DNA of 64,000 nucleotides, from positions 1 through 64,000 of the forward strand of contig JBFLGF010000089.1 in NCBI GenBank assembly GCA_050230475.1. The letters run 5' to 3'. The notes under the pieces were generated by a model. That model had not been told where the DNA came from and did not search any database. It saw only the letters and a program-made list of their open reading frames with translations. This document shows positions 1 to 12,756 of this stretch, one piece after another. The translations under genes and the position numbers were made by a program. This DNA is from Ancylonema sp. (Eukaryota). The stretch's first letter is position 1, and the number at the start of each line of letters is the position of its first letter.

Positions 1-643
1 TCTCCTTCAACCACGTGCAACTTAGAATGTTTGGCACTGCCACCGCTTCCATCAGCTTGCTTTGATTCTCCGCCAAGAATAGCGGCCTTCTGATCATTTG
101 AAAGATTGGCGCAGGTTCGAATGTGCGCCTTCATGCTCTTATCGGTCCCCCCGACTCTTGTTTCTCATTCCCCAGGTTTCGAATTAGTACATGTTGCAAA
201 GGCGACGATATTCAACATGACGAAAACAAAGCGATGGCGAAAACAACCCAGTCTGGAAATACATATATGAGCTCCGTCCAACGTACCCGCCTTCATGCAT
301 GTGGTACATGATGCCCCAAAATGAACTTTGTTCTTCTTCTCCAACTTCGTGAAGTGTTCCCACAAAGGCCCCAATGGCCTTCCCCTTCTTCGTGCGGCAG
401 GAGCTTGACGAAGCATCTGAAAAGCATTAACGGACTCGGCACCTGACATCTGATGATCTCAAGACCCACTAAGACAAGAGAGACAGCCGCTAAGGAACGA
501 GGCAGCGGATCTGCAGCCTAGTGGTAACGTGGCATTTTGAAGGGTTTTTAAGGGACCACATTTTAAGGGTTTGAAAGGGTCCGAAAATCCAAGGGGTTTA
601 AAACCTCAACTTAAAAACCTTAATTAAGGGTCTTAAATTGCTA
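1..643 (-). mobile_element. 5' end of a hAT DNA transposon with BED-zinc-finger transposase exons (runs off the window start)
   Basis: ATG at 449 opens RRRGRPLGPLWEHFTKLEKKNKVHFGASCTTCMK. After a GT-AG intron the frame continues ...DKSMKAHIRTC, giving a BED-type W-x-H-F / CxxC / HxxxC pattern. Candidate terminus TAGCAAT (minus strand) at 643, next to AT-rich subterminal sequence. Confidence 0.7.
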
Positions 644-1037
644 TAGTTTTGAAGGTTGACCAACCCTACAACCGAGTGTTGTTTCAAATCCTCATTGAGC
701 TTCATTGTTGTCGCTATGACGGGGGCCTGGCCACCGTTTCGAAGACGTTGACTACATCGAAGAGTTCGCTGTATTGCCGGTAGGTTACCGGTAAGTAAAT
801 AATTGGCCTTCGAGAAACAATTCCTCCGAGGAATTGAAGAGCTTGGGATCGCTTTTCCAGGATCAGTCTTGAGGCACCAACCGCATGAAAATTCCTTACG
901 TGTCACTTTATATCTTATTTCTTACGCAATTGGTCTCAATCAACGTACTTACGGAAAGGGCAACATCAAAGTTTCACACGCCCTGTGATAGGGATAAAGA
1001 CCGCAGGTGAGAACCGGTTTGGTGCGCATTGAAGGCA

Positions 1038-3940
1038 ATGGAACAGTCTGGTAATGCAGTTGGGGTTGCTCAGTATAAGCATCATGGCGGAAATCATGGA
1101 TGGCAGCAGGTTTCAGATAGAAGAAAGCAAAAAAACGGTAAAGACGCGAAGCACGGACACACAGGCAATGGCACTGGAATGGCGGTCAACGGTGCTTCCC
1201 CGTCTGTGTTCTCTGCCCTGGAGGAATCATCCGAGGCCCGCAGAAATTTTATACGGGCTAAGCTAGCTGCGGAAGATGCAGAAACAGAGAGGTCAGGAGA
1301 CGAGGAAGCGGATGAGTTTGAAGGCGAGGGTGAAGAAAAAACAAACGTGACTGCTACGGAAGTGGAAAAGAAAGATAGAGTGAAGAGATTGAAGAAGCCG
1401 AAGTTTACTGTGGCGGATGCCGCAGGAGCCATGCACCCGAGCAGTCTTTCTGCATTCTTGAAAGAAATGTCGGTTAGTTTCGGATCTATTAAGAAGGCAA
1501 GGTGTGTAAAAGTGACCGTCATTTCAGAGGCCTGCGAGCATGCCAGTCACCTGTTTTCCAAGACTACGTTGTACTACTGGTGGCCGCACTTGCAATATCC
1601 CCATCCATTCCACGACCGCATTGTACACACAATTGTAAGAGTATGGGAGTGAGAAAGAAAATAAAGTTTGGCCCGTTCTTATTGTGACGCAGGAATCTTT
1701 CGCTGAGGTTCCAGATGTTCGACTAATGAGATGCGCTGATTATTTCGCGAAGGCATTTAGTGGAGTTACTACGGCTTATTTCTCCTTGCAAAAAATCATG
1801 AAAGACTCTCCACCACAGAAAGCTATGGAGGTAAACTTGCGCGCCTCACCACATTCTCATCAAACTTGACCCTCTTGTCGTTTCGGTTTCTCATCTTGTT
1901 CCGTTCTCGAGCCAAAGGCGCAATGAGTATCCTGTGCTTGAAATGAATGCGAAGACACATCTAAACGGTTGCATCTGCTGTTGATGTATTGCTCTTCTTA
2001 TCCGTCGTTCTTTATTTGAAGGCAAGCCATTAAAGCCAGGTTCGATGAAGAAACTTATTCCAAGGTCATGGTTTGGCTGCCAGCATTCTTGTTGAGACCT
2101 ACTTCCAGGTGTATTCGGTGCTGTTTGCAGTACCTCAGCTGCAGCATTTTAACTTCACTTTCAGTAGAGCGATGATTGAATTGGTCCTGCCTTGACCACA
2201 TTTCCATGTTTGTCTCCAGGTGCCTCTGACAGATGTCCCCGATGAAATTGTGGCGACTGCCTCTGATTGGTTGGCCACCCAGCCTGCAGAAGCGCTGGGC
2301 AACTTCCTGCTCGTCCTTCTGAAGGAGTTAATGGAAGATCTCACGGTCCTAGGGGGGTCTCAAAGGACTCCAGCCAAAGCCAAGGTACAGTTTTGGAAGG
2401 TCTAGGGTTCTCCCTTGGTCCTGACAGGCATCGTCTTTGCAGGTGGGGCTGCTTGTTCTGCTCGCCATCCTGCTGCGCAAGCAACCGCAGGTCATGGTCG
2501 ACCAGGTGGAGCGGCTGCACACTCTTCCTGGCCTCAAGTCCCAGGCCAAGCTGCCCTTGCTGGTGTGGGCATGCGGCCAGGTTGCTGCGGTGGACCTGAT
2601 TCTGGGGATGTGGCTGTGGGTCCGGATCCTCTTGCCTCTGGCAGTGGGACCCAAAACCAATCCTATGGCAAGGGATTTGGCACTCACCTTTTTGGAAAGG
2701 TGAGCAGCTGGCCCAAACTTGGCATTGCCTTGAGATGAGGTTCTTGAGAGGCTCAGCGGGGATTTGTGGGGTTCAGTGTGATCTGCAAGAACATGAGCAA
2801 GGCCCGGTCGACTCTAATCAACGGGGCGAGTAAGAAGGGAGAGAGGGTTGTCCCTCCCAGTGCCCTAGAGGCAGTTTTGCGTGCAGCATTTCCCACCGAG
2901 GCAGGGAGGACAAAGGTACCGGAGGGATTGCGACAGGCTGGCAGCCGGTCATGTCTGACGCATGCCTGACGCATTCTGCGCCTGAGGTCGGTGCAGGCCA
3001 CAGCGCGATTCAGTGCGGCGTATCCGTTGGTGAAAGCTGTGGCGCTTGCGGGGTCCTCCCAAAGCAAATCCACGAAACCAGCAGCTCTGCAGCTGCTGCC
3101 GTTGAGCCTCAACGCAGCCGGAGAAGGTGACTTCCCCCTTCTGCCCTCTGCCCTCTGCCCTCTGCCCTCGTCCTGCCCTGTATAGAAGAGCAGACTCTGA
3201 CGTCGTGCCACTACGGGATTGTGACAGAGCCTGCAGAGCTTTCGGAGGAGGCCTGTGGGTTGTTTCTCTGGTGCTTGGCGAACAATCCGGACTGCTACAA
3301 GCAGTGGGTGCGCATTTCTTCCCAACTTGCAGTGGGAATTCCTTGGGGTGGGTCAGAAATGGCCATATCTTCCCCGGAGCTGATTTCCCTCCACTTTCTC
3401 CCTGGGGTCGGGTTTGGTTCAGGCCAAGCATCATATGGAGCAACTAGGAGCGAGCTCCAAGATCTTATCCTACCTCCTTCGCGAGTGGATGGTGAAGAGC
3501 GGGCAGTTAGCGCCCTTGGATGACTTCCGAAAGTGCATCAGGAGTTTCCGTGTCAAAGTAAGAGCTATGCCCTGCAGGGGACCGGGAGGCCACACTGTGG
3601 GTAACAGCTCCGCTCATACTGGGTCCGTGGTCTGGCTGGGTTGGCGCTGATTGTCCAGCACCAAGAAGCGCTTCGGTCGGCAGAGGGAGGGGGGCAGAAG
3701 GGAGGAGCAGTGAGGAAGGCAGATGCGCTGTGCAGTGCACTGAAGCGGAAGACGTCCTCGGCATCCGCGTTGGTCAGGACTGGGGGGGTGGTTGTGACAG
3801 CGGCAGCCATGGGGTACGGATTCTACTTGCTCAACCCCGCCAATAATCCGTGGGGGTGGGCCGGGGGGTTCATCCTCAGTAGAACGCACCCGATTGAGGA
3901 GTGGTACGGTCGTTTCATGAGCCTTTTTGAAACCAAATAG
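1038..3940 (+). CDS. TMEM214: TMEM214/DUF2359-family membrane protein (about 9 exons)
   Basis: Spliced peptides match the plant DUF2359 pattern: HGWQQV, SVFSALEE, KKPKFTVADAA, VRLMRCADYFAKAF, VPLTDVP..ASDWL, KLPLLVWACGQ, NPMARDLAL, ARSTLINGASKKGERVVPPSA, ARFSAAYPLVKAVALAG, then a C-terminal TM helix. GT-AG junctions; TAG at 3938-3940. Confidence 0.88.
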
Positions 3941-4970
3941 TGCGTGCAGACACACCTCAGTCCGCGCATGGCTTCCACATGTTCTCCTGCACTTTCTGGA
4001 GGCGGTTTTTTGGGGTGGAGACTGAGGCAAGACCAAGACCCGCGTCCACGTTTGAAATGTAGCATATTGTTTTCACTTTGTTTATTTCCATGTTGTGGCA
4101 TGGAAATCTGTTAAACTGGGATCAAAGTCTTTCGGATGATAGCAACATCAGTCCACACCTTTGTGTGAATGTTGATTAAAGGTTCGACCAGGCGTACATG
4201 TATCTTGGAATGTTCTAAAAACCATGTAGAATTCTGGCTGCCAATATCTGTAGGGGGACATATGCACAGAAGTCATAGATATTTGTAGCTGTGATGAGAG
4301 TGTCTGTATGTGTTTATTAACATCTCTTTCCATGTGCCTCAGTCCTGGTATTGTCTCAATCTTCGAGTGCACCCTTCATTGTGTCTTGGTTTGTGCATTT
4401 GCCTTGTGAAGTTGCAATCAATGCGTCAGCTTGTGCTTGTGTGCGTCAGATTGTGCTTGTGTGCGTGCATACGCAAGCACATATGTCTAGGTGAAATTGT
4501 GTGGAGGTACTTGCTGGTAAGAGAGCACAATCGAAATAGAACATAATATGAATATTTTGTGTAAGGGTTAATTGCCTGCCATATAATCTCAATGAAGTAA
4601 CAATTACCCATTCCAACACAATATGAGAATGTAGCCCATTCATGATGCACTGACCCACAATCCCCAATCACTCCCACATCCGGACCGCACCGGGAGCCTA
4701 AAATTTTCGATCAGATCAGGTACGAACATGGGATCACGAAAGGCGGGGGGGGGGGTACGTTACATTTCGTGAGTATCATAGCTGGATCCTGGACAAGCTT
4801 GTCGGGGACATGTTCCGCATTATCCCGGACACCACTTGTCCCTAACATGTCTGGGCCCAAAACAAGGAAAATAAGCTCAAACGTTGTCTTGTTTTTTCAG
4901 AGACACAAGTGTGGAGGTTCTAATGACACGACACTTAGAGTTTTATTCGGTTCGTACTAGGTATCTTGGT

Positions 4971-5329
4971 CATAGTTGTAGGGACCGCAAAGAGTGGTAT
5001 TTCGGACCGCGGCCGGACCGGGACCGGAGTCTGGACCTGGTCGGACTGGGGATCTTTTTGGGTTTCTATTTTCCCTGGCAATTGTCGGGGGGGAATGGCC
5101 ATGTCGGGGAATTTTGTACGTGTACCATTTTCCTACATTTTGCACAATGCACAAGCCGAAACGACAAACAAACATTCCGGATTCCGGATTGTTTTCTCTA
5201 CGGTGGACCTCTCAAAAATCCCAAAAGAAACACCGATAGTATCCTATTCCCACCACTCCGGCATTTTGGTCTAGAAGGATGGAGCTCGGTACGGAACCGG
5301 GACGTCGGAAGCCCGGTCCGACGACTATG
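4971..5329. mobile_element. hAT-type MITE, family A (CATAGT termini)
   Basis: Ends CATAGTTGT / ACGACTATG. Flanks ATCTTGGT / TTCTTGAT (6/8, decayed TSD). Internal sequence is similar to 25328-25691, 50241-50621 and the ends of 47522-48904. Confidence 0.75.
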
Positions 5330-5374
5330 TTCTTGATTACATACACCGGCAACATTAATCGCATAGGCGTTATA

Positions 5375-5523
5375 CATAGTCGTTTCCGAGGCAAATTTTC
5401 GGCACGGGTGTCCGGTCTGGGACTTGTTTGGGACGTGTCCGGGACGTGTCCCGGACGTGCCCTGGCCCGAACATGTCCCGACATTTTTTTGGAGGGGGGA
5501 TGAATTGATTCAGTGACAGACAT
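5375..5523. mobile_element. MITE fragment rich in GGACGTGTCC motifs
   Basis: Starts CATAGTCG and carries repeated CGGGACGTGTCC motifs. Related to 4777-4860, 41567-41640 and 48376-48637. Confidence 0.55.
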
Positions 5524-6009
5524 ATCTTTCTAGAGCGTGAATGGGGTTGGACCGGTCACGATTTCGGTCTGAGGTCCATTTAGAGGCCCAAATGCCGGGT
5601 GATTGGGGACAATATAATCATTTCAAATTTTGGAGCTTTTGTGGAGGAAAGTTTTCGGAAGAAAAGTATGTCGTGCATCATTTGTCTTGTGTAATGTACA
5701 TGAAATGTCATAGAAATGTGCATCCGGACCCCCCCACACACCTCTGTTGTTCCCGGAAGAATGCTGGTCGACAAATCCCCAAAAGCGTTGTGGTCCGACC
5801 GGGTCTAGTATCGGATGGTGCTGGGACCAGTAAACTTGTCTCCATTTTAGCGACAATTCATGAGTCGATAGTGGTGAAACGGTAATAATTGTGCCTAGAG
5901 TGCTGATAACCAAACAAGTGGAATGTTGATGACATTATCCTGATTTCGCACTAGTGAACTGAAGATTTTGTTAGTTATTTCAACGCACGTTGGCATACTC
6001 TTTCGGGAG

Positions 6010-8319
6010 TAGCGATGCGGAAAATTAAAAATTCGACCCCTGACTAATAGTTATTCATATTTAAGTTATGTTTAATTATAGGCCGGAAAAACGTGCTCCA
6101 AAAAAATAGGAACTATATTTAGGTCTAAGAATACAACCCTCAATTTTGAGACCCTAATAATATATTAATAGGGCCTATTAACTAGCTTTAGGTCTCATAA
6201 AGAGAGTGTGGAAAATAATTTGCGGTTGTGGAGATATTCTCGAAGGGTCTGAACCGTATTGACAATTGACGGAGAGAAGACGGCGGTAGTGTCTCATAGG
6301 AGGGTTATGCCGGTAATCTGTAGTCGGGGAGAAATTTGTGGAGATCGAACTAAGCTAGTACCTCGGGCATCACGGGCGACATAGTCGCCTCCACTTCCGG
6401 GCGCAGCGGAGAGGAGTGGCGCACAGCAGACGACTTTTTTGAGGACAGATTTGAGCTTCCACCTGCTCTAAAGAAGGCCAAAGTAGTAGAGAGAAAATTA
6501 TGTCCGCCGTGGGCCTTTTTTGAGAGGGGGGACCATAAAAACAGTTGCCACTACCACGCAATCTTCATGCTTGCGCAAGAGGTCAGTTGATTTCCACTTC
6601 GAATGACTTTAAATGTGTTTTCATTGGTTTACGCACTTTGAGTCAGCTCCCGGCCTTCTAAAGATTGTCATTGAGCATGCGACTCTATGTCGTTTCAAAA
6701 TGCGGATGTGATCCAAGGTAGCTTATCGGCTTCCGGGTGTCCAAAATTTGTCTCCCTCATGCTGATGTATCTGCTTTTGAAGTGTCGGAATATCATAGTA
6801 TTTGGGTGTCTTCCGTGGTCCATATAAGTACTCAAACGAAGATTGCGGAAGCGGAAAAGTCCATGGAGGCACACGTCCGGGGGTGCGGGCGTATGACCTC
6901 GGATGAGAAAAATAAAAATATCGTGACGTTGGGGAGGAAGGGGGTTTCGAACAGTGAACCGAGTGCGGGCTTAGGTGGCACGCAGACGAAACTGATGTTG
7001 GTCCCTACAGAGAGCACACCCATGGACCCAGCGTTGTTGAAGTAGTTCCAACGATACATTCTGCAAGCGACTCCAAGCGCCAACCTGCCATTCAGCTGGG
7101 TGGACGACTTTTTCGTTCACTTGCATTTCCAATGGTTGCGGTAAGGTGTTGTACTTCTAGATCGGAATAAACTTGAAGGAAAATGTTTGTTATCCCTAGG
7201 ACATCACTTGGTGTGTGGAGTAGTGCCGATACTCACTATTTTGCTCATTGATATCGTGACCTTTGCACGACCTCTATTGGATGCTGAGTTTGCCATGCAC
7301 CAGATGGCGAAAGTACAGGCTGACCATGATGACAACCATTGCACGATGAGCTTTGACACGTGGGCTAGTCATGAAAGGGCGGTTGGCGACTCTTGGTTCC
7401 GATCTACCCGTTGTTGACAAGGCGACCATCAACGTTATCTAGACTCATGAATTGTAATGGGAAGTAACTCTAGCTTTTAGACATAGGATTTCCAATGAGA
7501 GGAATTTATCGTGACGTAATTTGTAGTAGAGTTGATGCATGATAGGTAGGAATATTTGTTGACATGAGAAGGACGATCCCAATGTTTTATAATTTCTATT
7601 TATATTGGGAAGTTAACAACAAAAGTTGTATTAACAATGTGTTTGGGGTTTCAATAGATCATTGTGTGTTTGTTGTAATGGAAAACGACATTTACTTGAG
7701 CCTTATTTGAGAAGTGTCTCGCCTTCGCTTTATAATAATGGTCAATATTTTACGGATACATGTGAATCCCGATTGAACAACGATATACGTACGGGTCATG
7801 ATTGCGAAGTCACGATCGTCGTTGTTCTTGTCATAGCATTTCCCCTTTCAAGGTATCCATGGTCACCTCGACTTGCCATAAGTATACGTGAGGAGGATTA
7901 CTTTAAATGACCCAAAAAGGTATGATAGTAGCTCCACTATCATATTATCAATGGCGATGGGTTATTGTTATATCCAATGACTACTCCACAACAATTGAAC
8001 ACACATTCCATATCAATGAGAACTACCTTGGTATGTCGTACCCATGCCAAAAATACAACAAATACAACAATTTTTGGATGTTTTATGTCAGCAATCCGTT
8101 CGTCTGTATGTCGATAAATGTCATGTTCAAAAAGCATGACAAATATTTATTATTTCTAATTTTTAACTCGACCATTGTGATCAGCGTTAGTTTTTAACCC
8201 CCAAACTGATGGGTTAAATGAATCTCATGAATTATAAACATTATTGAGGTTTACCCTTCATTATATTTTCAGCCTTATTAACTATCGCCAGGATTTTAGG
8301 GCTTAATAATGCATTCCTA
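6010..8319 (+). mobile_element. Decayed hAT transposon with transposase remnants
   Basis: Peptides AEKSMEAHVRGC (BED tail, like the element at 1-643), SANLPFSWVD and CTMSFDTW (first catalytic Asp) are broken by stops. Termini TAGCGATGC / GCATTCCTA (7/9); flanks TTCGGGAG / ATCGGGAA (6/8). Confidence 0.6.
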
Positions 8320-8377
8320 ATCGGGAAGTATTCTTAAAAAGAAATAAAAATGCGGCGGAATCAGAGGTAGATTACGC

Positions 8378-8897
8378 CATAGTTGGCCCCGCCCCGTTAA
8401 ACCCGCCCCGCATTCCGCCCCTGGCGGCGCCCCGAGCGAAAAAAATTCCGTCCGGGGCGGAGCCATAGAGGTGTTACTTCGTAAAAGAACCTTAAGATCA
8501 CGTGGTTCATGTACATCTTTCAAAAATACAAATCCGATAAGTATTCAATATTCTATAACAATTAGTGCGTGTGCCATCTTTACCCGTGTAATATTCATTT
8601 GTATATCTCAACTATTATTTTTTTATTTTTTATTTTCATCCCATTATACCACGCCGCGCCACGGAGTCGGACTCATGGGTGACATTAAATGATGTCGGAC
8701 TTCTGGCGGATGGTGCACATTGTGCAAGAAGTCGGTTTTGAACAAAACCATATCTCCGCATTGCAGCGAAAAAAAATCTGGTATTTTGGCCTGTGGCTCC
8801 GCCCCGCAAATTCCGCCCCGATTTATCGCCCCGGGCGGTTCACTCCGGGCGGCGCTCCGAGCGAAAAAACTTTTCGCCCGGGGCGGGGCCAACTATG
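8378..8897. mobile_element. hAT-type MITE with CCGCCCC subterminal repeats
   Basis: Perfect 18-bp TIR CATAGTTGGCCCCGCCCC / GGGGCGGGGCCAACTATG, GC-rich subterminal arrays and an AT-rich core. Flanks match 5/8. Confidence 0.8.
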
Positions 8898-9235
8898 GTT
8901 TGCACTGTCGAGTTTACTATAAACTCGAAGGGGTTGATGTCATATCGAACGCATAACATGTACTGGCACCGTTATATCGAGAGGCGACAAGACGAGCTGC
9001 TGAAGTTTGTGACCGTTAAATCATCCGCTGATCTGGCAATGCCGCATGCCCACTCACCGCCAGAAATAACTACAAAATCAAGAGCAGCTGTTGCATCAGT
9101 AGTGGGACTCGGATGTCCTTATTATCACAACAGCTTTGAAGGCCGGGACGCAGTAGTGTAGTCGATACTTGTGATTTCAATCGTCAATTTTCTGTGTAGA
9201 ACGGCAGTTACTTCAGTCAGTGCGACTCCACATCC

Positions 9236-12200
9236 ATGGATGGGGCGGATGGTGAGAAGAGATGGAAGAAATTGACTGTCGCAGAAAACGGAGTCGTTGT
9301 AAAGGTAAATTACCTCGATATTGCACGATACGAAATGAGGCACTGTCGAAGTTTGCTACATTATCGGTGGGCCACAGATAAAAAGGTCTCTGTTTGTGGT
9401 GAAGCTGACAAACGACACCCGGAGACACGATGCCCACATGTGTCTCGCATCCCCTGTAATCGAAACCTCTGGTATGCTGAATGCAACTTGTTAGATTAAA
9501 ACACGAACACTTCCTGCTTCCGACACTTTGTCGCTGACGAGGCACCAGCGTCTGTGGTAAGGCAGAAATCCTGTTCTAAAATCCGTTCCTTCCGCCTTGT
9601 TTCCGCTTCCATCCCACCAGAATCGAATTCGCCACTATGTTTCCTCCGGATCATTCTCTCCCTCCCCCTCGCCCTTTCCCGAAACGCCCCCTGCCTTGCA
9701 AGCCTCTAGAATTCCCAAAACCCTCTCCCGCCTCACTGACTCGTTCATCACGCCTCCCATAGTACCTTTGCAACATCCTTCACCCAAGGCGCCGGCTTTG
9801 ACGGCCTCCGTCCGTACGTCCTCCGTGAGTGCGCTGCTGACAGACCTAGCTCTCTGTGCATGTGGCCCTATTTATCTCCGCCTCCTGTCACGTACAGTCA
9901 AACCCCGTAGTAGCGGGGTGCACGCTCCTCGAGGAGCCCTCATTACACCACACTCAAAGGGTCTTCAACGGTGCGAAACAAACTGACGGTGTGGGAAACG
10001 GTCGGCCTGTTTCTGCCCTCCCGCAGAGGAGAATTGGTTTGGATTTGATGCAACTGCTCCTGGTGGTCGGTGGGGCGATCGCGGTTGCGGCCACGTTGCT
10101 GAGTCGGAGAAGAAATCGGAGGGCGGGTCCGCGATCTGGCGACCACTCTCATGCTTCTCCTGCAAAGCCATCGGCCACTGCTCCTGACCAACTTCCAGGT
10201 ACCTTCCAGGTATATCCCTTGACCTCTGCGCAGTGCAATATAAAAACCACTCCACAGTCAGATGTCAGCCCGCTGTCAGCCAGCTGTCAGCCAGCTGTCA
10301 GCTAGCTGGAAGCCAGCTGTCATTCTCCTGCAGACCACTCTAGAATGCTATAATTCTGCATCATGTATCGTCAGGAATATACGCATAAGACTGCTCTCTG
10401 AGATTGCGCCTCCCGTGGGCCCCACAGATATTGAGGCAGATTCAGGTGCTGTGCGTCAGGCTCCCGTTCTGAACGCCAGAAGTGCGCCTCCTTCTCCGGA
10501 CGGAGCCAACCAGGAGGGTGGGGTGAGCGCACCTGCGCCCACCCCGCCAACTCCGCCCCTCGGGGAAAACGCACAGAATCCGGCGGATGCAACCCCCCCC
10601 CCCAACCAGTCCGAGGGTGGGAAGGGGGTCGGCAGCAGCGGGGGCGGTAGGGATGTGATCCAAAGGCTCAGGAGTCAGCTGAGGAGTCGAGAGGATCTCA
10701 TTTACGAGATGCAGGGACAGATGCGTGAGCTGGAGCTGCTTTCTCACCGCCAGCTGGCGCGCTGTGGTGAGCTGGAGAAGGGGGAAGCGGTGGCTCAGAA
10801 GGCCCGAAACGCGGCGATGAGGGGGAGCGCGGAGGCTGGGGTGGAGCTGAGGAGGGTGGGGAAGGAGGTGGAGGGGTTGGGGTGGGAGAAGAGGGAGTTG
10901 GTGGAGGAGAACAGGAGGTTGAAGGCGGAGGTTGGGGTGGGACAGAAGAGGCTGGAGGGGGTGGAGGGGCGGTTGGGGAAGCTGGAGGTGAGGACCGAGC
11001 AGCTGGAGGAGGAGCTGTGGGAGGTGAAGACCAGATACGGGCCACTCCAGGAGCGACAGGTGGCGTCTCTCCAGAGGAACCTGGCGGCAGCAGTGGAGAG
11101 GCAACAGCAGGCAGAAGGGGAGCTGGAGGAGTCAGAATCCAAAGTGGCAGAAGCCAACCTGAAGCGGCAGGAGGCAGAGGAGGGGGAGCGGAGGGCGGAG
11201 TCGAGGGACAGGGAGGTTGGGGCGGTGGCAGAGAGGGGGAGGGGGGAGAGGGAGAGGGTGGAGGAGGAGCTGAGGGAAATGAAAAGGGAGTGGGAGAGGA
11301 GGAAAACTGAGACTGAGACAGAAGTGGAGGGCGAGGTGGACAGCAGGGGGGGGGGGCACTCTGATTCCAAGATCCCATTCCCCCGTCCCCGCCCCTCAGG
11401 CAGCCCCGCCTTGAGCAGCGGTCGTACGGTTACCCCCCCGGGTCCCCTTTCTGCTTCCGTGAGGCGCCCGTTGTGGGGGGGGAAGGAAGGGAAGGGGGGG
11501 TCGCCTCTCAAGGGGGGTGTGGCACCCAATAAGGCGCTGCCAGCGAGGCAGGTGGGGAGTGGTGGGGCTACTGCTCAAGACGCAGGGGGGGTGCAGGGGG
11601 GGAATGGAGGTGGGGGGGGGAGAGCAGGGGGCAGGGAGACAATGGTGAGAATCTGTCCATACGGGAGGTGGCTGGGGGGTGGGGGGTGGGAGGTGGGGGG
11701 TAGGGGGTGGGGATGGGTTCCAATGCATTCCACTGCCGCCTAACAACATACACCGGGTGAAAGTTTGAAAGGTCGGTTTGGTTGACTCTCGGTTTCCTCC
11801 CCCTCTCATGGTCAGCACTGGGAGTCGATGGCGGCGGGTAACCGTACGCAGCCGGTACCAAACCCGTCCCAGACTGAGGACCAGGTAAGGGAAAGAGAGG
11901 GGGGGGGGGGAGGGGGGGGAAGGGAGACATTGGAGGGGCTGATGGTGAAAAGGCTCATGGGCTCATTTTTTTTTGTGTTGGGCAGCAGCATCAGAAGGAG
12001 ATGGTCCGCAAACTCATGGATTCTGCACGAGTGGCGAGGGCCAATCAGGAAGTGACAGATGGCGGTCATGCGGACACGAGAAAGGTCGTCGCCAGGTCAG
12101 CACAGGGGGTCAGGGGATGGGAAGGTTGGGGGGGGGAGGCTGGGCACCTCAACGGATCTCTTCATTTTGGGGGAGGGGGTTGGAGAGCTGAGTGGGAAGG

Positions 12201-12756
12201 GGGGGCGGGGTGGGGGGAATGTGTTGACAGGTCTGCAGGCGACCAGGTGGCAGAAGCAGAGATCGACAGGTGGCGCGCAGACGAAGGCAGTCCCATACTG
12301 TGGCGAGATAATTTGACGGCAGAGGTGTTTGAAGATGCGGTCGCAAACGCGTTCACACCTCAAAAAAATAGGGAGGAGAAAGAAAGAAAGACGGGGGGGG
12401 AGGGGGAGAACCTTGCGCAGCTGGCGGGGCGGTTGGAGGATTTGAGACGGAAATCAGAAAAGGAGTTGAAGGGTGGGGGGGAAGGCAGGGTAGGGCAGCA
12501 GGAGAAAGGGGTGGCAGAGGGTGGGGTGGGGGGTCGTGATGGGGAAGAAGAGGTTGGGGGGGTTAGGGAGGTGGGAAACGGGTACGGGGTGGAGGGGGAG
12601 GGGCATCCGAACGGGTATCGCAGCGAAGGGTCTGACACGGCGTCTGACGGTGCTCTGGATGACCTTCTTGATACGGCCCTGGATGACCTGGTGCAGCTGT
12701 GCTCCAATGAGAACACGCCTGTGAAGGTGCAGCCTGGGGAGGGCGACAGCGAATAG
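9236..12756 (+). CDS. N-terminally membrane-anchored, Glu/Arg-rich coiled-coil protein of unknown family
   Basis: A hydrophobic segment LMQLLLVVGGAIAVAATLL followed by RRRNRR (~10045-10120), a long heptad-rich region in ORF 10262-11743 and a final exon to TAG 12756. The start is uncertain: ATG 9236 spliced in phase 0 to 10027, or ATG 10048. Confidence 0.6.
10263..10322. repeat. Short tandem repeat (TGTCAGCCAGC)n in an intron
   Basis: About 4-5 degenerate 11-bp copies. Confidence 0.7.
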
